Shown here: positions 19,606-28,880 of the stretch, piece after piece
How positions within the stretch are numbered: position 1 is the first letter of the stretch
Layout: each line of letters opens with the position of its first letter
Assembly (NCBI GenBank): GCA_964423225.1
Contig: CAYREE010000002.1
Coordinates: 10,278-74,277 of the forward strand
Source: an uncultured archaeon
GTDB lineage: Archaea; Altiarchaeota; Altiarchaeia; IMC4; SCGC-AAA252-I15
Direction: 5' to 3'
Length of the DNA: 64,000 nucleotides
Notes under the pieces: generated by a model
Told to the model about the DNA's origin: nothing
Databases searched by the model: none
What the model saw: only the letters and a program-made list of their open reading frames with translations
Translations under genes and position numbers: made by a program

Positions 19606-20730
19606 GTATTCGACTTCTTCTTCTGCTAGCTTATAATTGTCTATTAGCTCTTCTTTTGATAGCTTGTTTTTATCCAATAAGTGTTTGAATAATGGTATGA
19701 ATTCTTTCGATATTATCCTATGGGATGCATGTAGTATTGGCTTTAGTTTCTCAGAAATATTTTTCTCCATATTCCTCTTGCTTTTGGTGCGGCCCATTGA
19801 TGCGAAATATCCTGGGAACTGGTATCTAGTATAATTAATCTTTTCTGGACGTGAGGTATTGACTCCAGCGGTCATAAGTGTGTTCGCATATCTTAGGAAT
19901 CCCCAGTATTGGCGTCTCATTATCCTTCCGAGGAATATGTCTGCTCTAGAGAGGTTTTTTATGGATTCTGAAATTGAGTTTTTGTCTTTGTATAGATGTG
20001 GCATGTTTTCATCGACCCACCATATCACATCACGAGGCTGCTCACTAATATTCCACGTGGATTCAACAACTTCTTTGAGATCTCTACCACCGAATATAAC
20101 ACTTAATGCCCTGTATATGTCTGATTCTATATCTCTTTCACCTAGTATGTCCAAGTCTTTCTCACCTACCTTGTCCCTACCCTTGCAGATGGTTTCAAGA
20201 TCGTTTAGACTTGCTCTTATATCGCATTTTGCATTTTTTGCGATTGTTTCAAGAACGGTTTTCTCAACAGTGATTCCTTCCTTTGCACATATTTTCTCCA
20301 AGTGTTTTGAAACAGTACCCACCATCGGTTTTCTTATCTGTAGGCTACCACATTTTTTCTTTAACGTAGTTAATCGTTTTGACGAATAGTCTTCGGTTAT
20401 TAATATTGTCGGACTCCTTGTTGCATCAACAAATTTTGATACTGATTTTATGTCTTTGATCAAGTCAACATCTTCGACCAGCATTAGCTTCTTTCCACCA
20501 TATAGGCTGGAAGTAGATGATATTTCAACTGCATTTTCTATGTTATCATCGCTTACCTCGATTAGATCCCAGTTATTCTCCTTTGCGATAAGCTCGGCGA
20601 TAAGACTCTTCCCAATGCCTGGCCCTCCATATACTATCAATGGTTTACCATCCCATTTCTTTATGAATTCGACACAAGCCTTTCCTACAAACTCATCTAA
20701 TGACTCTGGTTTATGCTTGACAGTCCACAT
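19594..20730 (-). CDS. rfcL: replication factor C large subunit (short form)
   Basis: WTVKHKP, GGPGIGKS, DIRASLNDL, WVDENMP, ADIFLGRI.RRQYW. Confidence 0.9.
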   Translation of the reverse strand: MWTVKHKPESLDEFVGKACVEFIKKWDGKPLIVYGGPGIGKSLIAELIAKENNWDLIEVSDDNIENAVEISSTSSLYGGKKLMLVEDVDLIKDIKSVSKFVDATRSPTILITEDYSSKRLTTLKKKCGSLQIRKPMVGTVSKHLEKICAKEGITVEKTVLETIAKNAKCDIRASLNDLETICKGRDKVGEKDLDILGERDIESDIYRALSVIFGGRDLKEVVESTWNISEQPRDVIWWVDENMPHLYKDKNSISESIKNLSRADIFLGRIMRRQYWGFLRYANTLMTAGVNTSRPEKINYTRYQFPGYFASMGRTKSKRNMEKNISEKLKPILHASHRIISKEFIPLFKHLLDKNKLSKEELIDNYKLAEEEVEYLTS

Positions 20731-20806
20731 AATGTAAGAATATTGCAGGACACAGAATTAAATATGGGTAATTTATCTTATTTTTTTCCCTATTATCTTA
20801 GACAAT

Positions 20807-21964
20807 ATGGTAAAAGAGAGTGAATTCGGGCTGGGAGTTCCTGTATGCACGGCAGTTGATGCAGAAGGCAATGTTGATTTTAAGGCTACGGAACGGTATT
20901 GGCGTTATATCTTCCCAAAGGTCAACAAGCCTGTGATCCTGGATGAGTTCGGCCAGGGTGGGCGGATTATCAACCGGTCGGTTGATGATGCTAAACGCCT
21001 ACTGGATTTGGCAGTTGATGTCTGTGAGTATCCTGGGGACAGGCTTATTGTAGGGACAGGTAGTGAGTTGCTCTCTGCTACAAAGGCTCTTACATCATAT
21101 GCTTCAAGTAAGACAATACGTAGTGTTCTAGTAAGGAATCCTATACATTCTCAGTCAGAGTTGGTGAAATTTAGGTTTGACCAAGATCCGTTATCTGAAG
21201 AATATCAGAGACAATTGGTAAAATACCATAAGCTATTATTAAAGGCCATGTCCAAGGATACTGAAGCGTCATATATGATGAATATTTGCCCTGAATTGAC
21301 GGCAGGGGATTCTAGGGGATACATGCCAGCATCAGATCTAAGGCAGTTGAAGGAATATGCAGACTCTAGGGATATATATTTTAACGGTGGGAGGGTGACA
21401 CATCCTAACAAGTTTGCAGCACATGATTATGCTGCAGGAAGTGATGTATTGACTTTTCAGGTAGGATCCGATGACATGGTTCTTGACGTAATAGGCGATC
21501 GAGCCACAAGAACTTCCTTTAGGGGAGCTATCCTGGATCTTGGAAATCTTATCCCTGGATTCTTAGTCTCACATGTCAAGGATTGCCTCCAGGTTGGACA
21601 GCATAGATTCTTGCGTCGTGATCCCTCTGAGATTCAGGCTAAGCTGGATAGGGCGGAAGAAAACGACGGGAAGTTGAAGGAAGTACACAGACTACTATGG
21701 GATAACAACAAATGCTTCCAACAATTCACACATGCAGTACTTGGTCTAGGTCCAATAAAGGATGTTCCAACAGTAAGCGATGATAGGCTCGCGGACATTG
21801 CAAAAACTATCAGGCATATGGCGCCAGACATGGCGTATGAGATGGGCCAATACAACCAGAGGACTGAACTATCAAAATTGCTGATGGAAGGCCAGCCTGA
21901 GAGACTTAGGTCAATATCACCGCCCCTAGATCACACTCCGAGTTGGGTGCGTGCCGTTAGATAG
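20807..21964 (+). CDS. divergent DHDPS/NAL-family TIM-barrel protein, probably catalytically inactive
   Basis: PVCTAVDAEGNVD and LIVGTGS match the DapA scaffold; GTTGE, Tyr and Schiff-base Lys positions appear substituted. Confidence 0.6.
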   Translation: MVKESEFGLGVPVCTAVDAEGNVDFKATERYWRYIFPKVNKPVILDEFGQGGRIINRSVDDAKRLLDLAVDVCEYPGDRLIVGTGSELLSATKALTSYASSKTIRSVLVRNPIHSQSELVKFRFDQDPLSEEYQRQLVKYHKLLLKAMSKDTEASYMMNICPELTAGDSRGYMPASDLRQLKEYADSRDIYFNGGRVTHPNKFAAHDYAAGSDVLTFQVGSDDMVLDVIGDRATRTSFRGAILDLGNLIPGFLVSHVKDCLQVGQHRFLRRDPSEIQAKLDRAEENDGKLKEVHRLLWDNNKCFQQFTHAVLGLGPIKDVPTVSDDRLADIAKTIRHMAPDMAYEMGQYNQRTELSKLLMEGQPERLRSISPPLDHTPSWVRAVR

Positions 21965-22011
21965 GGGTATACGGCCTATATTATTCTATTAATCCGAATA
22001 TCTAAGGAAAT

Positions 22012-23205
22012 ATGAAGCCTGTTAAGATTGTTAGGGATCCGATCCATGGTAATATTGGGTTAGGAGAGCTTGAACTAGCGCTTGTGAATACGCCTCAGAT
22101 GCAGAGGCTTCGGAACATCAAGCAGAATGGTTTATGTTATCTTGTCTATCCTTGTATGAATTCAACAAGGTTCGAGCATTCTCTTGGCGTCATGCATCTT
22201 GCCTCGCTTGCCGCATCATGGCTTGACTTGTCGGATGTTGACACCTCCGCGTTAAAGGCAGCTTGTCTGCTACATGATGTTGGTCACGGACCTTTTTCGC
22301 ATACGTCAGATCAAGTTCTTTCAAGGAGGGGTTTTCCTCATGAGGATAATTCATGCAAGATTATAAGGGATAGTGAGATCAGTGACATACTAAGTGAATC
22401 AGGTTTAGATCCGGAATTTGTAACAGGCTTGATAATGGGTGAGGGAAGTCTTGGCAATCTTGTTTCTTCGGAGATAGACCTTGATAAGATGGACTATCTG
22501 ATCCGAGATTCTTATTATGCTGGAGTAGCATATGGGGTGATAGATGTTGAACGCGTATTATACAGCTTAAAGCTTGTTAAAGATGATCTGGTCATTGATT
22601 CAAGGGGTCTTGAGGCTGTGGAATCCCTTCTAATAAGCAGAAACATGATGTATCAGACAGTATACAGGCATCATGCTAAGCGGATTGCAGAATCAATGTT
22701 TGTACATGCTCTTGAAAAAATGATGGATGATGGCCTTTCAATCATAGAGTTGTCTTTGATGGATGATATTTCTCTTATGTCGCTTATGAGGGATCAGAGC
22801 GGTTATGTCGGTGATATTATCGATCGTATTGATAGGCGTTGTTTGTTCAAGAATTTTTTTAGTGAAAAGATTATCAGTATGACTGATACTTTCAGAACTG
22901 AGTTGGAGGAGGATATATATTCTATTGAAGAGAGGATTGCAAAGGATTTCCAGGTTGATAAAGGATATGTTCTTCTAGATTATCCTGAGATCCGATTAAA
23001 TGAGTTTCACATGAAGATTGAAGTTGATGGTAGGCTCGAGTGGATATATGATGTTTCAACACTTGCTAAGGATCTTGAGAAATCAGAGCAAGAAAAGCTT
23101 TTATTCAACATATATGTTGCACCGGAACAAATCGAGAAGATGGATGACTTCAATGAAAACGAGTATATTGAATACTCTCAGACCAAATTGGACAAATTCA
23201 CTTAA
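22012..23205 (+). CDS. HD-superfamily phosphohydrolase (SAMHD1/dNTPase-like)
   Basis: RDPIHG, QRLR.IKQ, RFEHSLG, LHDVGHGPFSH, DLDKMDYLIRD, VYRH. Confidence 0.92.
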   Translation: MKPVKIVRDPIHGNIGLGELELALVNTPQMQRLRNIKQNGLCYLVYPCMNSTRFEHSLGVMHLASLAASWLDLSDVDTSALKAACLLHDVGHGPFSHTSDQVLSRRGFPHEDNSCKIIRDSEISDILSESGLDPEFVTGLIMGEGSLGNLVSSEIDLDKMDYLIRDSYYAGVAYGVIDVERVLYSLKLVKDDLVIDSRGLEAVESLLISRNMMYQTVYRHHAKRIAESMFVHALEKMMDDGLSIIELSLMDDISLMSLMRDQSGYVGDIIDRIDRRCLFKNFFSEKIISMTDTFRTELEEDIYSIEERIAKDFQVDKGYVLLDYPEIRLNEFHMKIEVDGRLEWIYDVSTLAKDLEKSEQEKLLFNIYVAPEQIEKMDDFNENEYIEYSQTKLDKFT

Positions 23206-23247
23206 TATTTATTGAATGATGAAAGATTATTATTAAGAGGTGATATT

Positions 23248-23370
23248 ATGGGCGAGCAAGAACCACAAGAGATTGAAAATGAACCTGATATGCGAAATAA
23301 AGAGAATATGACAATGATCGTTCTGACTATTGTATTTATCGCGATTATGGCATACATCTTTTTCGTATAA
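23248..23370 (+). CDS. 40-aa tail-anchored membrane peptide (not in ORF track)
   Basis: GAGGTGA SD then MGEQEPQEIENEPDMRNKENMTMIVLTIVFIAIMAYIFFV; stop 2 nt before rtcA. Confidence 0.65.
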   Translation: MGEQEPQEIENEPDMRNKENMTMIVLTIVFIAIMAYIFFV

Positions 23371-23372
23371 AT

Positions 23373-24365
23373 ATGCTTCTAATAGATGGAGGCTATGGAG
23401 AGGGAGGAGGCCAGATCATACGTTCTGCCATAGCTTTCAGCTGTATTACCTCCACTCCTGTCAAACTTATCAATATCCGGGCTAAAAGACGTAATCCTGG
23501 TTTGAGGCCCCAGCATGTGGCATGTGTTTCTTCTGTCGGACAGTTGTGTGACGCTGTTGTAGCGGATTGTTCTGAGGGTTCGGATTCTTTCACTTTTATT
23601 CCGGGTGAGATTAATGGGGGTTGTTATGATATTTTGATTGGTACTGCAGGTTCAGTCACCCTGGTTATCCAGTCATTATTACCCTTGGCATTGAAGATTA
23701 GTGAAGATATTAAATTGAGGATTTCTGGGGGAACGGATGTGAAATGGAGCCCCCCAATTGATTATCTTCAGAATGTGACATTAGAACTTCTTAGGCGAAA
23801 CGGTTTGGATGCTAGATTGAATGTGTTAAAGCGTGGTTATTATCCTAAAGGCGGTGGTTTAGTCGAGTTTGTCATGGGGCCGTCGGATATGGGAGAGATA
23901 ATTCTTGATACGCTAGGGGATATTACATCTGTGAATGGTTTATCTCATGCTCATATCGGTTTGAAAGATAGGAATGTGTGTGAGCGTCAGGCCGATGCTG
24001 TTCGGAAACTGTTATCTGATTATGATGTTGATATCGTGGACGAGTATGTTGAGACTAGTTCTTTTGGGTCGGGAGTAACACTCTGGGCTGGTGCTGGAAG
24101 CACTATTCTGGGGGCTGACCAGCTTGGGGAGAAGGGTGTTCGAAGCGAGGATGTTGGGGGAAGTGCGGCTAAGCGATTGTTGGATACGATTAGCTCTGGT
24201 GTAGTTGTTGACGAGCATATGGAGGATCAGTTGATACCTTTTCTGGCCTTGTGTGGTGGTAGTATCCGAGCAGAAAAAATCTCGTCTCATACTAGTACTA
24301 ATATATGGATTGCAAACCAGTTCGGTTTTAACGTAGTCTATGAAAATGGGTTTATCAAAGGATAA
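23373..24365 (+). CDS. rtcA: RNA 3'-terminal phosphate cyclase
   Basis: GEGGGQIIR, NPGLRPQH, GGTDV.WSP, RGYYPKGGG, DQLIPF, HTSTN. Confidence 0.96.
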   Translation: MLLIDGGYGEGGGQIIRSAIAFSCITSTPVKLINIRAKRRNPGLRPQHVACVSSVGQLCDAVVADCSEGSDSFTFIPGEINGGCYDILIGTAGSVTLVIQSLLPLALKISEDIKLRISGGTDVKWSPPIDYLQNVTLELLRRNGLDARLNVLKRGYYPKGGGLVEFVMGPSDMGEIILDTLGDITSVNGLSHAHIGLKDRNVCERQADAVRKLLSDYDVDIVDEYVETSSFGSGVTLWAGAGSTILGADQLGEKGVRSEDVGGSAAKRLLDTISSGVVVDEHMEDQLIPFLALCGGSIRAEKISSHTSTNIWIANQFGFNVVYENGFIKG

Positions 24366-24371
24366 TTTTTA

Positions 24372-24932
24372 TCAGAGTTTTTTTGAAATGATTTTTCTGA
24401 TATCTTCTTGCACCTCTTTTTTCGGACGATTTGTCTTGATTTTATGCATTTCTGGGAATTTCATGTAGTTGTCTCTTACTTTTTTTAGAAATTCTTGTTT
24501 TTCAAATATTTCACCGGTTGTCGTCCTATCCGCGCCTTGTTCAGCATTAACATCCAGTAGGATTATGATATCTGGTTTTACTGCATGTTTGTTTATCTCG
24601 AAGAGCCAGTTCCAGTCGACTCCCTGAGCGTTCTGATATGCGATTGTGGAATAGTAGTATCTTTCACATATTACATGTTTATCCTCTGCTATCGCAGGTT
24701 TGATTTTTTTTTCAAGATGCTCCATCCTATCTGCGGTGAAAAGCAGGGCTAGTGTGGTAGGGTCTACGACTTCTTTTCCTGCTAATACTTCCCGGATAAA
24801 TCTTCCTATCCTACTTTTCGTAGGTTCTGCAGTTAATATGGTATCAACATCTTTTTCCTCTAGCCATGATGCTAGATCTTTTGCATGGGTTGTTTTTCCA
24901 CATCCGTCGATGCCTTCAAATACTATGAACAT
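24372..24932 (-). CDS. tmk: thymidylate kinase
   Basis: MFIVFEGIDGCGKTT, LLFTADR, ERYYYSTIAYQ; start placed at 24932 rather than 25160. Confidence 0.95.
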   Translation of the reverse strand: MFIVFEGIDGCGKTTHAKDLASWLEEKDVDTILTAEPTKSRIGRFIREVLAGKEVVDPTTLALLFTADRMEHLEKKIKPAIAEDKHVICERYYYSTIAYQNAQGVDWNWLFEINKHAVKPDIIILLDVNAEQGADRTTTGEIFEKQEFLKKVRDNYMKFPEMHKIKTNRPKKEVQEDIRKIISKKL

Positions 24933-24981
24933 GTTTGATCGTAATCTATTATCGTGAACGGTTTTTAATAGTATCCTCCAA

Positions 24982-25884
24982 ATGGTATATTCTATGGATG
25001 CTAAAGAGTTGGAAAAATATCGCAAGTCTGGTGCCATTGCAAAAGAAGTCCGTGAATGGAGTCGGAAACTTGTTAAAGAGGGGATGCCGCTTCTGAAGAT
25101 AGCCGAGGATGTCGAGGCTAAGATACGTAAGAATGGTGGTGATCTAGCATTTCCAGTCAACGTTTGTGTAAATCATATTACCGCTCATTATACTCCGAAA
25201 TACAATGATGAGACGGTTTTGGGAGCCAATGATGTTGTCTCAGTTGATTTAGGCGTTCATGTTGACGGATATATCGCTGATACTGCATACACAATCGATC
25301 TTTCAGGTGATTATTCCAAGATGCTTGAGGCTAACAAGGAAGCATTGGATAAATCGATTGACGTGATAAAGCCTGGAGTATCTGTTAGTAAGGTGGGTGA
25401 GATTGTTCAGAGTACTTTATCCTCAGCGGGTTTTAAGCCTATTGAAAATCTTACTGGGCATGAGGTTAAGCGTTATGACTTGCATGCTGGATTGAGTGTT
25501 CCAAACATTAAGGTACCCTATGACTGGGTGGTTGAAGAGGGTATGGTGTTAGCATTAGAGCCTTTCGCAACAGATGGTGCAGGCAGGGTTATAGAATCAA
25601 AGAATGCGGAGATTTATTCTCTCATCGATGAGCGTAGGATCAGGGATCGGGAGGCGCGCACATTGTTAAAGAGTATCCAGGATAGAGAAGAACTCCCATT
25701 TGCTGCTCGATGGTATTCTAAGAAGATCAGCCCCCTACGCTTAGGACTGGTTCTTCCAAAACTTTCTGCCGCCGATATTCTTAAGGCTTATCCGCCGCTT
25801 CATGAGAAGAATAAGGGTATTGTAAGCCAGTTCGAACATACTATTATCGTGACAGAAGACGGTTGTGAAGTAACGACTCAATGA
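24982..25884 (+). CDS. map: methionine aminopeptidase type II
   Basis: AFPVN, AHYTP, DLGVHVDGYIADTA, NLTGH, EPFAT, QFEHT. Confidence 0.96.
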   Translation: MVYSMDAKELEKYRKSGAIAKEVREWSRKLVKEGMPLLKIAEDVEAKIRKNGGDLAFPVNVCVNHITAHYTPKYNDETVLGANDVVSVDLGVHVDGYIADTAYTIDLSGDYSKMLEANKEALDKSIDVIKPGVSVSKVGEIVQSTLSSAGFKPIENLTGHEVKRYDLHAGLSVPNIKVPYDWVVEEGMVLALEPFATDGAGRVIESKNAEIYSLIDERRIRDREARTLLKSIQDREELPFAARWYSKKISPLRLGLVLPKLSAADILKAYPPLHEKNKGIVSQFEHTIIVTEDGCEVTTQ

Positions 25885-25885
25885 A

Positions 25886-27142
25886 TTATTTCCCCAGCTT
25901 TTCTATTATCTCCTTTGCCTTATCTACCCTGACTTGTCCTGTTTTTACCATTTCTTCAGCTACTTTCTCAGCATTCTCCTCGCTTGCTCCAGCGCATATA
26001 GCTATGTTTCTGGCATGAAGCTTCATATGCCCCTTCTGTATGCCTTCGTCTGAGAGAGCTCTTATAGCAGCGAAGTTTTGTGCCAAGCCGACTGATGCGA
26101 TCACTTCAGCGAGTTCGCTGGCCTTCTCGATCCCAAGTATTTTTAACGATGTTTGTGCTGTTGGATGTGTTTTTGTCGCCCCACCTATTATCCCGATGGC
26201 TAGGGGGACTTCAATGGATCCTGCGAGGTCTCCTTCATCAGTTATCCAATACTTTGTGAGAGACTTGTAGCTACCGTCTCTTACTGCATATGCATGGCAT
26301 CCTGCCTCCACTGCTCTAGTATCATTACCTGTCGCTCTAACAACAGCGCTTATCCCGTTCATGACTCCCTTGTTGTGGGTTACTGCTCGGTATATGTCAT
26401 TGTCTGCGAATTCATATGCTTTGATAATCCTTGCGACTATATCTTTCCCACCTACTAATTCTTTTGAGAAGACGGCCTCTGATCTCACAGTTCTTTTTAC
26501 CGCATGGTTTGAGAGTATTCGTAGGATAACTTGCCCTCCTGTAATCTCTTCGATCGGGCATTTTAACGACTCGCACATTGTGTTTATCGCGTTGGCACCC
26601 ATCGCATCCTTTACGTCGGCTGTTAAGTGTATTATAAGCATTGGGTCTGGTGTGGTTGTAATAGGCCTTACTTCTATGTCTCGTACACCTCCGCCGAACT
26701 TGACGAGTATTGGATCCTGGCAGTTTGCAATCTCCATTAAATCATTTTTTTTATCCAAGATCTTTTTTCCTGCCTTCTTTATATCGCAGTCTATTACCTG
26801 TATCTGGCCTATCATCAATTGTTCGCTTGAAATTGACTTGAATCCTCCTTTTTCCCTTGCTATTCTTGCCGCATTGCTTGCTGCTGCTACTACTGATGGC
26901 TCTTCTGTTGCCATTGGTATGAGATAGTCTTTATTATTTATCTTGAAGTTGGTTGCAATGCCTAGGGGAAGGTTGAACATGCCGACGACGTTTTCAACCA
27001 TCTTGTCTGCGTTTTCGATGTTTATACCGCCTTTCTTGAGGTTTTCTAGTTCTTCATCTGTTAGTCCTACCTGTCTGCCTATCTCCTTTCTCTTCTCATC
27101 AATGGATTTCTTGTGGAATCCTTTAATCCTTGAATCGACCAT
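25886..27142 (-). CDS. mvaA: HMG-CoA reductase, class II
   Basis: ENVVG, PMATEEPSVVAA, DAMGAN, THNKG, GIQKGHMKLH. Confidence 0.95.
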   Translation of the reverse strand: MVDSRIKGFHKKSIDEKRKEIGRQVGLTDEELENLKKGGINIENADKMVENVVGMFNLPLGIATNFKINNKDYLIPMATEEPSVVAAASNAARIAREKGGFKSISSEQLMIGQIQVIDCDIKKAGKKILDKKNDLMEIANCQDPILVKFGGGVRDIEVRPITTTPDPMLIIHLTADVKDAMGANAINTMCESLKCPIEEITGGQVILRILSNHAVKRTVRSEAVFSKELVGGKDIVARIIKAYEFADNDIYRAVTHNKGVMNGISAVVRATGNDTRAVEAGCHAYAVRDGSYKSLTKYWITDEGDLAGSIEVPLAIGIIGGATKTHPTAQTSLKILGIEKASELAEVIASVGLAQNFAAIRALSDEGIQKGHMKLHARNIAICAGASEENAEKVAEEMVKTGQVRVDKAKEIIEKLGK

Positions 27143-27173
27143 CGTATTCTTTATAGTGGATACTTGATAATAT

Positions 27174-27977
27174 ATGCTTATGTCCGATAATGCAAATGAG
27201 AATTATGATCGGTTAATAGGTTTTTTCAAGGATTTTAACAGTGTTGTAGTAGCTTTTTCAGGGGGTGTGGATTCTAGCGTGCTTGCATCTATCGCATTCC
27301 AGGCTCTCGGAGAGAAAGCATTGGCTGTAACTCTTGTTTCTCCAACTTCGGATCCATCGGAGTTGGAGTCTGCTGATAGCATTGCCTCACTGATTGGATT
27401 AAACCATATAAAATACGATCATTCAGAGCTTATCGACGATGACTTCAAGTCTAATCCCTTTGACAGGTGTTATTATTGCAAGAAGATGCTGGCTTCTAAG
27501 ATAATCAAGATAGCTTCTGAAAAAGGATTTGATACTGTTGTGGAGGGAACTAATGCAAGTGAGCTTAAGGGTCATAGGCCGGGATTTAAGGCTTTGAAGG
27601 AGCTTGGTGTTGTTAGTCCGTTTGCAGAGCTTGGTATCGATAAAGATGATGTTAGGTCTATCGCTAAGTTCATGGGTCTGCCCAACTATGATAAACCCTC
27701 AACAGCGTGCCTTTCTTCTAGAATCCCTTATGGTACAAAGATAAGTGGAGAGATCCTTGAAATGATTGCTTTATCAGAGTCGTTTATCCGTGATTTGGGT
27801 GTGGATCAGGTTAGGGTTCGAGTGCTTGATGATGTTGCTGTGGTTGAGGTATTACCAGAATCATTTTCATTAATTGTCGATAATGGTGTTGAAATATCAA
27901 AGAAACTAAACCAACTTGGTTTTAAGAGGATTACACTTGATCTTGCTGGTTATAGGACTGGCAGTATGAATGATTAG
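27174..27977 (+). CDS. larE: LarE-family PP-loop sulfur transferase
   Basis: AFSGGVDS, RCYYCK, GTNASE..RPG, ACLSSRIPYG, QVRVR, GYRTGSM. Confidence 0.88.
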   Translation: MLMSDNANENYDRLIGFFKDFNSVVVAFSGGVDSSVLASIAFQALGEKALAVTLVSPTSDPSELESADSIASLIGLNHIKYDHSELIDDDFKSNPFDRCYYCKKMLASKIIKIASEKGFDTVVEGTNASELKGHRPGFKALKELGVVSPFAELGIDKDDVRSIAKFMGLPNYDKPSTACLSSRIPYGTKISGEILEMIALSESFIRDLGVDQVRVRVLDDVAVVEVLPESFSLIVDNGVEISKKLNQLGFKRITLDLAGYRTGSMND

Positions 27978-27981
27978 TTGT

Positions 27982-28347
27982 TTACTCATAGAATGCTTCG
28001 TAGGCTTCGTAATCGTCAATACCGTAATCGTCTCCCCTATAGTCTGTTATCTCTATTTTTCCCTGTCCTCTGGGTAGAAGGTCTTTTTCTTTCTCATACA
28101 TGCATTTGCCTTTGAAGTAGAAATCACAGTAGTTACAGCATACACCCTTGTCCTTGCAGTACTCGTAATCCTGACAGTTTTTACAGCATTTCAATGATCT
28201 AGGCTTCCTTTTGATGGTTACCTGTTTCTTTGTAGACTTAGAAGGGGTCTTCTTCTTTGAAGATGTCTTAACCGCTTTTTTAGAATTAATGGTAGAAGCT
28301 TTCTTTTTTGCAGTTTTTTTTGGTATCTTTTTTTTCGGCATCACCAA
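27982..28347 (-). CDS. small protein: Lys-rich N-terminus, 8-Cys cluster, acidic/Tyr tail
   Basis: KKKIPKKTAKKK..., CCKNC.....C.....CCNYC.......C, DDYGIDDYEAYEAFYE. Confidence 0.65.
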   Translation of the reverse strand: MVMPKKKIPKKTAKKKASTINSKKAVKTSSKKKTPSKSTKKQVTIKRKPRSLKCCKNCQDYEYCKDKGVCCNYCDFYFKGKCMYEKEKDLLPRGQGKIEITDYRGDDYGIDDYEAYEAFYE

Positions 28348-28436
28348 CCCCAGTAACTTAAATGGTTTAAACTTATGTTGTTTTCATTTAAAAAATACCA
28401 TGTTTTTTTATCATATGAGTTTTTAGCATCCTATAT

Positions 28437-28880
28437 GTGATTACTAGTATGTATGAGATGGTTTCACTGAGCATCCTCACGATAATACTGGCTTCATTCG
28501 GTGTTTCTATAGCTGTTATAATACTTTTTTCAATGTATACCCCCTATCTTCTGGGCAGGTTGAAGGATGGCTTTGATTGTACTGGTTGTGGTAACTGCTG
28601 CAGATTTCGAAAAACACATCTGACTAAAGCCGATATAGATCGGCTTGAAAAATCAGGCAAGACCGGATTCCATGATAAGGCTGACAGGGAATCTATATTA
28701 AAACGTGTTAACGGTAGATGCATATTCCTCGTTGATGATAAATGCAGGGTCTATGAGCATAGACCCCAGGTTTGCAGGGAGTTCCCATTCTATGAGATGT
28801 ATGGTTGTTGGTGGGCGTGCAAATGCTCTATGTGCCCTGCCTTAGAGAAACTAGAGGAGAAATTAGACGATGAGTGTTGA
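28437..28880 (+). CDS. YkgJ-family CxxCxxCC cysteine-cluster protein with N-terminal TM
   Basis: CTGCGNCC, CIFL, C.VYEHRPQVCREFPF. Confidence 0.88.
   Translation: MITSMYEMVSLSILTIILASFGVSIAVIILFSMYTPYLLGRLKDGFDCTGCGNCCRFRKTHLTKADIDRLEKSGKTGFHDKADRESILKRVNGRCIFLVDDKCRVYEHRPQVCREFPFYEMYGCWWACKCSMCPALEKLEEKLDDEC

Noticed and set aside
24933-25160. N-terminal extension of tmk
   Set aside because: It is largely antisense to map; the Tmk fold begins at MFIVFEG (24932).
25886-27142. bacterial-type class II HMG-CoA reductase in an archaeon
   Set aside because: Already well known in several archaeal lineages (e.g. Archaeoglobus, Thermoplasmatales).
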